DNA of 63,735 bases, counting the filler, from Octopus bimaculoides (Eukaryota), in NCBI RefSeq assembly GCF_001194135.2. It is 6 parts of 5 records of this genome, joined end to end, with 100 filler letters (N's around TTAATTAATTAA, not from the genome) between each part and the next. Parts side by side here need not be neighbours in the genome. Positions count along the whole stretch, not along the records: positions 23,507 to 40,262 come from NC_068986.1; positions 40,363 to 52,282 come from NC_068985.1; 4 more parts are not named here. One strand, written 5' to 3'. The notes under the pieces are model-generated. The model was given only the letters and a program-made list of their open reading frames with translations, had not been told where the DNA came from and ran no database searches. Positions 37,301-50,460 of the stretch are shown here, piece after piece. The position numbers and the translations under genes were made by a program. Position 1 is the first letter of the stretch. Each line of letters begins with the position of its first letter.

Positions 37301-38168
37301 TATAGTAATAGATGCAGTATTAATACTAAAAGGTAATCTTGATTTCCAACTTAATGTGGAGGTTGTTAGGACACAGAATATTACATTATTTTAGCTAGAG
37401 GGGGGGATCTCTCATAAGGAACCATGATGTATAAAAACAATCGTAATTATATTGCTGACAGATGAGAATCATCTACTACAGCCACCATAACTACCAGGTC
37501 ATGTGATTTCAACCTGCTATGGGTTCGTCAGTAACAGATGTCCAGCAGCAAGATAAGAACCAAATCTTCCATAAACAATATATATAAAATACCAGTGTCT
37601 ATTCAGGCACTGGTGTCACAAATACTCAGTGGTCTTATATGTGTTTTTGTGTGTGTGTGTGTGCGTGTCTTTGTCTAGTGATAGTTGTAAGTGAACATTA
37701 TCACCATACAAGCTGAATTGTTCGGTTCCAGTCTTCAGTGTAAAACATGCTTAGCCATGAGAAAGTATTACTTTGTTTGGAAACAGGTAAGGGATGGTGA
37801 TAGAAAGGACATTTGGCTGTAGAAAATCTTCTTCCAAAAATTCTATCGGTCAACAGTGGATATACCATTTTATGGATACCATAAAATAGATCTATAATTT
37901 ACTGTTTGGAAGCCAAGACTTCCGAACAACAAATTTACTAGTTACTATATGTAAGGGTGCATTACTTCAAAGTTACAATGTTTTTACTAATCTTGCATAT
38001 CCCTAGGACTATGCATACACCAATTTGAGTACTCGTGGTATAGAAGTTCCGCTGTTCAAGCAATTTAGATCACAATATCTAGTTCAGAGCTGGCCTTGTG
38101 CCAAAATTTGAAATCAATTTCTGGTTCAATCTCGTATACTGTTTATATAATTAGTCTTTGTTGTTTAA

Positions 38169-38387
38169 CCCTTTAGCATTCAGATTAATCAGTCAAATGT
38201 AATGCTTTTTTATTCATATTGCTTTGAATTATTCATGCATTATCTTGCAGCTTTCAGATTTCAATGATGTGATTTTTGTTTGTTTTAAGAATGACATTGT
38301 AGGGTAGGTGTGAGAGACTGGATATGACCTGTTTGAACATAAAACAGGTGTTTTATTTGGGTTTTATTATAGCTAGTTTAAAAGGGG
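38169..38387. mobile_element. piggyBac-type MITE, second copy in opposite orientation
   Basis: ttaa|ccctttagcattcag at the left end; interior is the reverse complement of 28670-28840; right end degraded (aaagggg|taa). Confidence 0.7.
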
Positions 38388-39214
38388 TAAATGGAAAGTA
38401 TTGTTTTTTTCTCTGTTCTTTATGCACTTGAGGGAGTATGGAGAGAGAAAGAGAGAGAGAATGAGAGTAAGAGTAAGTGCAAACAATGAGAATTTTTCTT
38501 CTTAGTCTTGGAAGAAAAATATCTATTTTGTTTCAATCAATACACGGTGAAATTTTTCTTTCTAATATTCTTTTATTCTTTTAGAACTTTGTAAAGTATG
38601 TAATTTCACTGGGCATTTTTATTCTAGAAGAATGATGTGTTAATATATATTTTCAACAACATGAAAATTTAGAAACTTCCGAGACAAAGTGAAATAATTT
38701 TGGAGGCAATAGTAGATCGCAAAGCATATAAATTAACAATTAATAACATGTAAATATTGGATTGTAAAACGCTTTTGGAGAGAAAACTTCTAAGGCTACC
38801 CATGGGACAAACCCACATCTGTAAACATGGCAGGTGTTCTGCCATTAGACCAAAGCAATCCTTTAAATTTCTCTACCAGTTTTCGAAACTTTATCCTTAC
38901 TAACAAGAATTGTGTGCTTTTGGCATGATGAGGATTTATAAACTCCAAGAAAGTGAAATAATCCTTTTTAGGAATGGTAAATCTTGAAGCAGATGGTAAA
39001 CTTATAAATAATAATGTTAAATACTGGGCTAAAAACCCCTTTGGATAGAAAAGATAGAAGGCTGTCCACAAGACTTGAACCCACATCTTCTGTAAACATG
39101 ACTGGTGTTCTAGTATTAAACCTAAGTAATCTTTTGAATTTTTCTACTCATTTTAAAAGCTTTCTTCTAATCAGCAAGAATTGTGTGTTTTTGGTGTGAT
39201 AAGGATTTATAAGG

Positions 39215-39565
39215 GACTGGGAGTTGCGGCGATTTGTTGTACTTGAGAAGACGCATCAAGCTAAGTATTGTAAAATCACAATCATCCATACATACAGGCA
39301 TGTCCAGTGCCATGTAAAATGCACTCTTGCTGGTGCCACATAGAACACTTTTATGCTAGTGCTATGTGAATGCACCTGTGTCAGTGGCATGTAGAAAAGC
39401 ACCCAGCATGCTCTGTAAAATGGTTGATGTTAAGGGCATCCAGCTGTAGAAACCATGCCAAAACAGACAACTGGAGTCTGGACAGCTCTCCAGCTAGTCA
39501 ACTTCTGTCAAACCATCCAACTCATGCCAGCATGGAAAATGGACGTTAGGTGATGATGATGGTGA
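39215..39565 (+). mobile_element. RTE LINE 3' UTR
   Basis: acttgagaagacgcatcaagctaag...gggcatccagctgtagaaaccatgcc...gcatggaaaatggacgttagg(tga)n. Confidence 0.8.
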
Positions 39566-39975
39566 TTTAAATGCTATTGTTTATAGTTTTTTTATGTTTC
39601 AAGATCCACTATTGCAAAAACAAATTATTTCACTGTATATATTTTTGGGTTTGGACAAGAGAGAGAGAGAGGGAATTTCTCAGGTCCTCTGATGCCAGAT
39701 TGCATCACTCTTATTTTGCAGGATATTTTATTCTAGTGTGTTCAGGAAGGGTTTGCTTTAATAATTTCATTACTTTCATTTCACAAAGTATTTTACTCAC
39801 TTGTTTGGGGAGTTTGTTGAAATAATGACCACATTATAAAGCAATCATACAAGCCAAGAAAAGAGAACTTTTAAGTGGTTGTTTGACCTGTTAAGAGATT
39901 GCATGCATCCTACCATCCTGAGAGAGAAAGAGAGGTGTGTGTGTCTGTATGTGTGTATATATATGTGTGTGTGTG

Positions 39976-40021
<46 letters not shown>

Positions 40022-40067
40022 CATACATATATGTGCATGTATGTTTATATATGTGTGTGTGTGTTTG

Positions 40068-40099
<32 letters not shown>

Positions 40100-40362
40100 C
40101 GTGTATGTATATATATACATATGTATATATATATGTGTGCGTGTATATATATGTATATATATGTGCGTGTATGTATGTATATATGTGTGTGTGTATGTAT
40201 ATATGTGTATATATGTATGTATATGTATATATTTATATACACAAATGCGTGCATGTATGTATNNNNNNNNNNNNNNNNNNNNNNNNNNNNNNNNNNNNNN
40301 NNNNNNTTAATTAATTAANNNNNNNNNNNNNNNNNNNNNNNNNNNNNNNNNNNNNNNNNNNN

Positions 40363-40540
40363 ACCCACTACACTCTCTGAGTGGTTGGCGTTAGGAAGGG
40401 CATCCAGCTGTAGAAACTCTGCCAAATTAGACTGGAGCCTGGTGTTGCCATCCGGTTTCACCAGTCCTCAGTCAAATCGTCCAACCCATGCTAGCATGGA
40501 AAGCGGACGTTAAACGATGATGATGATGATGATGATGATA
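40363..40540 (+). mobile_element. RTE LINE 3' tail, young
   Basis: Nearly identical to 9971-10150; ends (gat)n then (TA)n. Confidence 0.88.
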
Positions 40541-40548
40541 TATATATA

Positions 40549-42610
40549 TCATCATCATCATTTAACGTCTGTTTTCCATGCTGGTATGGGTTGGACAGTT
40601 CGACTGGGGGTCTGGGAAGCCATGAGGCTGCACCAGGCTCCAATCTGATCTGGCAGTGTTTCTACAGATGAATGCCCTTCCTAACACCAACCACTCCAAG
40701 AGTGTAGTGGGTGCTTTTTACGAGCCACTGCCACAAGGGTCAGAGGTGGGTGGCATCGACCATGTTTGGATGGTGCTTTTTACATGCCACTAACACAGGA
40801 GCCAGTTGGGGCGAGGGGGCTGGCATCAACTACGTTTGGATGGTGCTTTTTACATGCCACTGGCACGGGGAGCCAGACAGGCAGCACTGGCATCAGCCAC
40901 AACTACAATTTCTATTTGATTGTGGTTTGATTTGATTTTGATATTGATGTACTTAACTCAATAGGTGTCCTCAAACACAGCATGTTGCCCTACAATCCAA
41001 AAGATACTTTTGAGTAGGCTGGTTATATGACACTGGCATAGGCTACAGCTGTGATCTCACTTTATTTGCCAGGTGTTCTCAGTCACAGCATATCTCTAGG
41101 GGTCTTGCTCTTTTGTCATTGCCTCTGTGAGGCCCAGCATTCAAAGGTCATGCTTCACCACGTCATCCCATGTCTTCCTGGGTTTCCCTCTGTCATGGGT
41201 CCCTTCAACTGTTTGAGAGTGGCACTTCTTCACACAGCTCTACTCATTCATCCTTAGTACATGACTATACCAGTGCAGACGTCTCTCTTGCACACCACTT
41301 TCAATGCTTTTTATGTCCAACATTTCTCTCAGGGCGCTTACACTCTGTTGTGTGTAAACACTGACATTAAACATTTAGTGGATCATGCTAGCTTCATTTC
41401 TTTCGGGCCTATGCATGTTGTCAGCAGTCATGGTCCATGTTTCACTGCCGTGAAGCATGGTAGCTCGCACACATGCATCGTACAATCTACCTTTCACTCT
41501 GAGCGAGAGGCCCTTTGTCACCAGTAGGAGGTAGAAGCTTTCTGAACTTTGCCCTGGCTATTCATATTCTAGTGGCAATGTTCTCTGAGCATCCACCCCC
41601 ACTACAGACTTGGTCACCTAGGTAGCAGAAGCTATCAATTACTTCTAGTTTCTGACCTTGGCATGGGATGGAATCTGTTTTCTGAGCTTCTGTGGTGTTT
41701 ATTGCCCCAGTGTATCTGCTGCACTGAAAGCTATCTTCCAGGTTAATCTTCCTTTGATGTTGCTGCACCTCTTATATGTCCATAGCTTACATTGGGTACA
41801 TCATATGGTGTTTCTACCTACACCTTTTCTACAGATCAAACAGGGCCATCTACCTGAAGGGGTGTGTGATGTGTTCGCCTTCCTACTTACTAAGACTTTG
41901 GTTTTGTGACATTTACTCTAAAGTCCTTCGTTTCTAAACCTTGCTTCCACACCTGAAATTTCTTCTCTAGTTCTGGTAGTGATTCTGCTTTGAGGGCCAG
42001 GTCATCAGCATAGAGGAGCTCCCAGGGGCAACCTGTCTTGAATTCCTCTGTTATTGCCTGAAGAACTATGATGAATAAGAGGGAGCTGAGGGCTGATCCT
42101 TGGTGGACCTCTACTTCTATCAGGAATTCTTCACTATACTCATTGCCAACCCTAACCTTACTAATGGTACCTCTGTATAGGGCTTGTACTGCTCTTATTA
42201 ACCATTCATCAATCCCTAGTTTCTGCATTGCCCACCAGATAAGGGACCGGGGGACCCTGTCAAAGGCTTTCTCCAAGTCCACAAAAGCCAAGTATAGAAG
42301 TTTATCTTTGGCTAGGTATTTCTCCTGCAGTTGTCGTACCAGGAATATACCTGGGACAAAACTGAACTGCACTCATCTAAGCATACTCTCTCCCTAATTA
42401 GTTGTGCTATGACCCTCTCCATGACCTTCATCACCTGATCCAGAAGTTTGATACTACTGTAGTTATTTCTATCTAAAACATCACTTTTACCCTTGTAGCA
42501 GTTGACTATGGTGCTGCTACGCCAGTCATTGGGTATGACTCCTTCGTGTATCACCTGGTTAACAATACAGGTGACTAGGCTATAGCCAACACTGCCAGAT
42601 ATTTTAGTTA
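40549..42610 (-). mobile_element. RTE-clade LINE, 5'-truncated RT pseudogene plus 3' UTR
   Basis: Minus ORFs HEGVIPNDWRSSTIVNCYKGK..., RQLQEKYLAKDKLLYLAFVDLEKAFDRVP..., VHQGSALS..., ELLYADDLAL; same family as 3010-5360. Confidence 0.93.
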
Positions 42611-42929
42611 CTATAATTTATTAGCTTCTTTTCCATATTCTTGGTTTATGCATGTCTATGCAAATATAGTATTGGTTTATCCCATTTATATTCATTAGAA
42701 ATTAAATAAATAAAGAATTTTGACATGTACGAATATTTATTTCCCCTCACTGTAGATAGATAAAGTAACTGAAGTAGAGAACGTGTATTATAGGATAACA
42801 AAGATGAGACTAGTTATAGACAACTCAACAGCAACTTTTATTTCCACACATGTATCACACAGGATTAACATAAAAATGGAAGAACCACTTCAATATGCTC
42901 CTTCTACAGACTACCTCAATAATGATTGA

Positions 42930-43260
42930 CAATGTTTTCATTGTTGCAGCTGACAACTTCAATTAACATGTTGGCCAACATGATGATGTTTACCATGATA
43001 TTAGTGAAAGTTTTGGATGTGGTTTAAGAAATGAGGAGGGTGTAAGGCTCTTAGAATCCTGTGATGAAATTGGTCAAACACATACTTTAAAAATCCAGCC
43101 AACCACCTACCAATCTGGTGAACACAATTAGTCATACAGATTACATTTTCACAAACAAAAGGGCTGGTTTGCTGGTGGAAATGTAGACCTTTCCTAGTGA
43201 AGAATACACTTCACAACATCGATTAGTGACAAGTAACATAAGAGTCAGAGATAAGCAGAC
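42930..43260 (+). mobile_element. RTE apurinic-like endonuclease fragment
   Basis: FIVAADNFN*HVGQHDDVYHDISESFGCGLRNEEGVRLLESCD resembles the GDFNGHVG...RNEEGxRLLEFC motif, followed by a decayed QIDYI motif. Confidence 0.7.
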
Positions 43261-43704
43261 ACAGGAATGAAAGATAACTTGGAGAAAGAAAATATAGGAA
43301 CAAAAGGATGCCATTATAGCTTTGTTAAGCTATACATAAAAGTAACCAGAAACAAGAGTGTGTCAGTGTATTGTTTATTTAGCTTTAATCAGCTTCACTG
43401 TCAGGGAGAGTATGATTGGCCATTTCAATATCCAGACTCTTCTCCTGCCTAACCAGAACTCCCTTTTCTGAGGACCAACTCAATAGCCCACAGTGAAAGT
43501 CCCTATCTACAGCTTGTCTGTTATAAGTCCATTGGCAGTACCCTACACTATAATTAGGAATAAATGTAGAGAAATTTTAACTGATGCGTATGATTGTTAG
43601 GAGAAAGACCTAGGCACCTGCAGCACAGATGACAACAGAATTTTCTAGACTGCTTTATATTAGCAGTTATATTTCCTGTTTTGCCCATTTGTTATTTATC
43701 TGTG

Positions 43705-43960
43705 ATATCAGTGTATATTTAGTGATTTAGTGCTTCTCGCTAAGGCTAATTTGTGGTTTTCCTGTAGATATTGAGTTCCTATGTCAATGGAGTATTCCAT
43801 TTCAATGTCTACATAGTTGTCAATATTATTTATTGTACAAGATATACTGTCAGTCTCACCATGAGAAGAGTTGAACTTGAAAATGTCATCTGCATATCTG
43901 AAGAAAAAAGCATAAGAAAGCATTCCAGTTGGTCCATATATGTGATGGTTTGCTAAGTTA
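43705..43960 (-). mobile_element. Penelope-like RT fragment
   Basis: FFRYADDIFKFNSSHGETDSISCTINNIDNYVDIEMEYS resembles PLE RYVDDIFxxWxHG...LN...IKFTxExS. Confidence 0.55.
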
Positions 43961-44253
43961 GATCACTCAGTGAGTTTTGTGCAATACCTTCTGATTATTG
44001 ATATCAACAAAGATAATACTGTTTTATTTTTCATCTAACTAAAAATATATAAACAATATTCATGATATTGCTATAATCTCAACCCCACTATCCAACAAAA
44101 ATGAGGATATATTTTCAAAACACACACAATTACACACACACGCATGCATGCACACATGCACGCACACACACACAAATGCGTGCGCGTGCAAACACACACA
44201 GACTAAAATACATTCATGCATTGACGTAATTTTTGTCAATTCTTCTACTTCAG

Positions 44254-44574
44254 TTTTACCAAAATTGGTCACAATCAAGGCTACTTCTGACACAGATCTA
44301 GTGGAAAATAAGAATAAAAGTTATGAATGCCTTATTAAAGACACCAACCCTGTATTTTCAGTCTATTGGTTGATTACTAAGAAAGATGGAAAACTAAAAA
44401 ATGCTACAGAGTATATTGCAAACAAGTCAATCAAATCAGGAAACCTGACCACTTTATCATCAAAACTGACATTAACTCTTAATATGAATTTTCAGAAATT
44501 ACAGTGTGTTGCATATTTTCCGGGTAAAAAGGAATTTGATAAATATTCAAAGGAACTTGATTTGCATATGAAAT
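44254..44574 (+). CDS. Immunoglobulin-superfamily (C2/CD80-like, nephrin-type) domain exon, phase 1 to 1, of an unidentified gene
   Basis: cttctacttcag acceptor, t|gtaagt donor, 321 bp with no stop; two Cys 59 aa apart (YECLI...LQCVAY), Trp 13 aa after the first Cys (TNPVFSVYW), beta-strand pattern SSKLTLTL. Confidence 0.85.
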
Positions 44575-45797
44575 GTAAGTTTTTACTTTTTCTATATATA
44601 AAGTACAAACACCAGATTTGTTCAAAATTTTTACTTGAAATATATGTACATTTCTAAATTTATATCTAACACAACGAGAAGATTACATAACTTTAACAGT
44701 TTTGAAAAGAGTTTTTCTTTTTATTGATTTACATTTTTGTTGTTATAATGTTGTATCACTGGCCAATAATGAACTAACAGATCCCAAAATATATGCGGTC
44801 ATTTCTGTAATTTGCATAAATTTACTAAAGCATCTATTTCATTGAGTTCTACTTTCCAGAGTAAGATGCATAGCTAAAACAAATGTGTTCTTTAAAAATG
44901 TATGTTTAGTCAGTTGCATATCTGCTCCCTTCTCTTTACTTTTAGTTTGCAATAACTTTGTATTGTAGTTCTTGAGAATATTAGACATGTTTTTGTACAG
45001 CTGTAACTTTCTTTAGTTCTAATATTCCTGAACAGCTTTTGAAATATATGGCCATTTGGCAAATGTTTATCTGTTCAGCAAAGAAAATGTTTTGCAACAT
45101 TTTACTTTTTTCAACAATGTTGTATGGTGAGTCCTAACACCATGATGTTAGGTATTTTCACTGTGATTTTTGCATAGTTGTCACATGGCATTGGTATATA
45201 CATTATTCTTTCTTTAGCTTGTTAGCCTCATAGATTCTTGCTGCAGTATTCTATAGCCCTGCTGAAGATTACATTGGAGGGAAGATAATGAGCTTGATGG
45301 CATTTAATTGTTAGTTATATTCTATATGGATGTACAATATGGTGGTGTTTGTTTTCTCTGAGAGCTCTTCAGTTTTAAGCTCAGGTTAAACATAAAAACC
45401 AGAATGTTTGCCATTGTATGGTATTAAGCAGAATATTGTAATTATTAGAAGTAATATTTATCGCCACATCAATATGGCTGTTTGATGTTACTACTGTTTT
45501 AACTCAAGGCAAATACCCTGCCAGTTAGTTACTGGTGCAACCTGCACCCCATATATATTGCAAGCAGATGACGGGATCACATGATCGAATGGTTTCAGGC
45601 TACTTGTGCCCACCTTCAATTGTGAACACTTGACTGCTAGAAATAACAGGGATTTGTTCCAGCTTGCAATATATAGAAAAATAAGTACCATTGGTCACTC
45701 ATTTTGCAACAAGCAAAGTAGCTAGTTTGAAAATTCTCAATAAGAGACAAAAATAGTAACCATACAAAGAAGTAATACTTATTGTCATATCATCATT

Positions 45798-45832
<35 letters not shown>

Positions 45833-45975
45833 TATGAGTTTTACTTCTTTTTTGAACTTTGTTTCCATTTCTTGCCGAGTGCTTTCCCAACACTTAGGAC
45901 AAAGAAGCTCACTGTATACAGTGGTAGATCTTTAAAATAAATACATAAGATTGTTCATTTACAAAGACAAGTGAT

Positions 45976-46012
<37 letters not shown>

Positions 46013-46099
46013 GAAAAAAAAAGGGGAAAAGAAGAAAGAAAGACAAAAGAAAAAAGATAATAGAAAAGAGGAAAAAATGAAGAAAAAAAGAAAAAGTCA

Positions 46100-48060
46100 C
46101 AGCAGCAATGCTCTTCTCGATATATGTAATGCACCCATTAAAACAATCTTTGCACTCCTTGCATGGATGGTTAACCAGGTATCATTTTCAAATAGTTTTC
46201 AGTTCCCTTTTTGATCATTCCAAGTGCTCCTACTGATCACTTGTATAGTAACTGACTTGAGATAAAACAATTTTTTTGACTTCAGTGAGCAAAATTTAAA
46301 ATTTTCTGAGCTTGTCATTCAATAAACAGACTTTATTGTTTTGGTCTTACACAATAATATCCAGCTAATTGGCTTTGATGGGGTTGTCTGTATGTTCTGG
46401 AATGTCCCAAAGAATTGTTACATTTTCTTCCTCAGTTACAGCCTGCTTATACTATTTATCAGCAGTTTGATTTTATAATGTTGACATATTAACCAGTATA
46501 GATATTGGCCAAGACTTTCATGTCTTGATTTATATTCCACTGGTGCTAAAACTTTGTATTCGGAGATTAGAGGTCAACAGTTTAAATCTCATCACTGCAA
46601 AATTGGCAACTCGAGTGTACTCCATTTTTCAGCCAGCCAATTGCTCATGTGCTTTTTTATTCCATTGATTTCACCTTCTTTGCAACAAAAGCTGCCACGC
46701 TTCTATCATGCTGTTCAACCCGGTTTTATGCATGAACTCAATAGCAATTTTTTTACTCTCCTTCCTGACAAAATGAAGCTTCTTATTCTTCTCATGATTT
46801 TCAACAAGTTTCAGCATCCAGTCATTAGACCTTTCAAGATATCTGGCCAGTCAAATTGTTGTGGCTTTGTAAGAGATTTCAAACTGGTTCATACATCGAC
46901 CTCCTTGGGCTCTAGGAAGGTTAAGACAATCAATATCTGCCTTTGGGTAGTGCATCTTATTGCAAGTTAGCAACATAAAAATTTTCCTGTCAATGTTCTT
47001 TATTTCACTGATATTCCAGTTCAACACATTGAAGCTATAAGTAACAACTAGAACTGCAAAGGAATTTATGGCTAACACCTTATTATAAAGTATTTAGCTC
47101 AGATTTCAGGATTGCTCGAACTCTCCTGTAACATTCCTTCCTGATCTTCTCTTTCATGCTTGCATGCTGAATGCCAGAGCCTTCATTTATTCCTAGGTAT
47201 TTGTAAGTTTGTTTTTTGCTCAAGTCTTTTTATGACTGTGTCAACAGCTAACACAACTGAATTTGAGGTCTTCAATTCTATTCCTGGAAAGTGGTCGCAG
47301 TACATTTTTTAAGACCAACCTCCATCATGATGTCATCACTAAATGCTTTCACAGTATGTAATAGGCCTTCAAGCTCATCATTGTCTTTGCTATAGAGTTT
47401 TAAGTTAGCCATATCAAATAGATAACAACTTATTTTCTTATTCTTGATTTTATACACATATCCTGTTCTATCAAACCCCCTTGTAAGAAATATTAGGACT
47501 ATGCTGAAAATTGGAGGCAAAGTGAGTCATCTTGTAAAATCCACAGTTGAAGTTAATATTGTTTGAAGTCAGAACTCCATTAGAATGGTATGTTATGCTT
47601 CAGGAAGCTTGAAATTACAGGAGAAAGTTTGAAAGTATCCAGCAATTTCAAGATCCATGAATGCAGTATGCTGTCAAAGGCCTTTTTATAATCAATCTAT
47701 GTGTAACTGAGATTTCTGCATTTGTTATGACAGTTCTGAAGGATCATGCAATTAACTAGAAGTTGGTCTTTGCATCTTCATTAGCAGCCTTTTTGTTCAG
47801 TGGAGACAATAGAGTTCTGTTTCATAAATATGTGTTTTCTCCACAAGGATGGATGTTAAAATTTTATAAGTAATAGATAAACAGGCTATGTGCCAATAGC
47901 ATTTTTGAACTTTGGTTTCATTATTCTTTGGTTGTAGGTTAGTATTACCACTTGCTAACCAATCAGGTGTTTTCCTAGGATCTCTCATAATTTCATTGAA
48001 CAGCTCAACTAACTTTTCATGTGTGCACAAGATCGATGCAAGCCAGAAATTTGGCACCCC
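46100..48060 (-). mobile_element. Dong/R4-type non-LTR retrotransposon, decayed RT to RLE region
   Basis: NFWLASILCTHEKLVELFNEIMRDPRKTPDWLASGNT..PKNNETK..IACLSITYKILTSI; LKLYSKDNDELEGLLHTVKAFSDDI; HPKADIDCLNLPRAQGGR; C-terminal KIVLMGALHISRRAL. Confidence 0.85.
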
Positions 48061-48064
48061 ATCT

Positions 48065-48520
48065 TAACCAGGGGATTTCTACTTATGAGTCTTTGTGAGA
48101 GTCATCGTTGGGTCTGCTATTGGGACGCCTTCCCATAATTGTTCTGGCAAATTTTGGTCAGCTCTTTCTATGTGTCTAACGCCGAGGACCCCCAAAATGT
48201 AGATTCAAACACCAGCTGAAGTCTTCGTTCCTTCAAGCTGGAATCAGCCCTAACACCTAGGAAACAGAAACTGCTGACCGTCCATTATGGTGAAGAACAA
48301 TTCATTTTGGTTATCCACTTTCGAGGAGAAAGACTGAAGAAGAAACAAAAAGAAGGCCATGCAAGGCCTGGCAACTTCAGCCAAGAATATCACCTGCCTT
48401 GCCATGTGATCAATGCCAGAGACTTGGCCTTCTGAAACATGTTGGGTTTAAGCATCATGGAAGCACCAGATGAACTCAACTCTGACACGAGTGATGCTGA
48501 CAACTATGTATACTTCTTAC
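48065..48520 (+). mobile_element. RTE (BovB-like) 3' coding fragment with a decayed zinc-finger-like tail
   Basis: FKHQLKSSFLQAGISPNT*ETETADRPLW*RTIH...RRKTEEETKRR...LPCDQCQRLGLLKH. Confidence 0.7.
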
Positions 48521-48872
48521 CTTTTGTTTATATTTCTACTGTGTATGTTTTCTACACATTTTTATCATTCAATTCTATGTAAATCACCAAGTTTTGTGTC
48601 CATCTTTGTATTGTCTTCCTCATCCATCATTCAGATGGCAAATGGAAGAAATTGTTGCTGCTGCTATTGTTGTTGTTAATGTAGCAAATTAGCAGAATCT
48701 TTGAAGCATTAGAAAAATACTTTGTGGTATTGGTCCCTGCACTTTATGTATTGAGTTCTGTTCTTGCAAAGGTCAGTTGTACTTTTTACCTTTTTGGTGT
48801 TGATGGAATAAATTACCAGTCAAGTACTGGGATTGGTGATATTGGCTAATACCCCTGAAAATTATGTAACAC

Positions 48873-48934
<62 letters not shown>

Positions 48935-48939
<5 letters not shown>

Positions 48940-50340
48940 TAGTCTTGTTTATATTACGTGCTTTCACTGCACTACTGAGTGCAGCTCTGTGTGTCTTGGG
49001 TATGCGCTGTGGTTTGTTGTGGTGCTCTTATTTCCTCTGTATTGAAGGTGTTTTACGTAGGATGTGTGCGGTGACTAGTATTGCTATTTTCTGTATGCTA
49101 TATATACTTGTAAGTCCTGATGTTTTTGTTATGTATTTGACTGAATGTCTTTTTTATCATACCTACTATAATAGGAACCTACTATGATAGGAATGGTTTC
49201 TGTTTTTTGGCTTCACATTCAAGTTACCACTATTTGCAGATCTTTATATTTTGAAAGCTTCTCCATTTCTTTTAGAGAAAAATTGTCATATGTTGGTATT
49301 GATCTATCAATTAGAAAGCATTTTTCTCTTGGTGATCTCTGACAACTTTATCCAGCCTATTGACCTTAATTTCTCTGTGTGTGTATTGACAAATCCCAGA
49401 GTATGGTTGCTTTCTCATTTTCTGTGATCTTTTCTGGTGTGTGCCATCTTTACCTGTTGTTATGCCATAGTGTTGGCATAGCTTCCAGTGTTTTTAAGTC
49501 CTGACTCTGTCATGTCTGAATAAATTCTTTCTTAGCTGGAACTGGGCAGCCACAGACAATATGATTTATTGCTTCTTCTCCTTCTCCACATATTCTGCAG
49601 TTACTTGTATTTCTTTCCATTACATATTTATGGTGATTTCTGGTAGGAAAGCTTTGATCTTGTGCTGCAATTAAAAATCCTTCAGTCTCTACTTTGAGAC
49701 CTGAGCTTCTCAGCAATTGTTGGGATTTTGCTTTGTTTATTTCTTTTCTGTTTAGTTTAACCCAATATGAAGGGACTTTTCTCACCATTGTTTTATGATC
49801 TGTTGCCGTTCCAGTGTTCGTTTGGATTTCAGTTGTTTTACAGCTTTTGTTGTTTCTTCTTTTTCTTCACAGTTGTTAGATACTCTGACTTCTTTTTTGT
49901 ATATTTGTCCACTTCCTTAAAGAGTAAAAATAGTTTTCTGTTTTGTTCGTGTTTTGTGGCTATTTGTTTTAGTTTTCCTTGCTTCTGAAGTAGGTATTTC
50001 TGTAGTCCTATGATGGTTGTTTTGTAATAGTTTTCTAGCTGTATAAGGTCTCTACCACTTTTGATACATTGTATATATAGCCTTTCTATGTCAGATTTTG
50101 GGTGGTGCATCCTAAATCCTGTCATTATTTTTCTCATTTACCTGTCTATTTTGATTAGTTCATTTAGAGTCCAGTTAAGACTATTGTAGCTGTATCTTAT
50201 AACTGAGATGGCTAGAGTGTTGATACCTATGGTCTTGTTTTTTGCATTGAGCTCTGTTTTCAGTATCAACCTAACTCATCTATAGAATTATTTTTTATCT
50301 TCTCTTTCATTTGTGCATGTTGTATCATATCTAGTTCATT
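48935..50340 (-). mobile_element. Dong/R4-type non-LTR retrotransposon, 5'-truncated, ending in (TAA)n
   Basis: HHPKSDIERLYI..KSGRDLIQLE; GLKVETEGFLIAAQDQSFPTRN..CRICGEGEEAINHIVCGCP (CCHC); LWDLSIHT..NRLD RLE region; 3' UTR homologous to 11890-12032. Confidence 0.9.
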
Positions 50341-50349
50341 GAATTCTAG

Positions 50350-50460
50350 GCAAGGGCCCGGGAACAGGGGGTGCAGCGGGTGCACCCACACCACCTAGAA
50401 TTTTCAGGGGGTGCAAGATCAAAATTTGCACCCCCTACATAATCTTACCAGTTGCATAAA
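50350..50460. mobile_element. GC-rich probable DNA-transposon terminus (hAT-like)
   Basis: caagggcccgggaacagggggtgcagcgggtgcacccacacc...gggggtgcaagatcaaaatttgcacccc motif; the partner end was not found. Confidence 0.4.

Noticed and set aside
39845-40318. YI/CV-rich ORFs (also 27679-28218 and 56413-56832)
   Set aside because: Translations of (TA)n, (TG)n, (CT)n and (GATA)n repeats.
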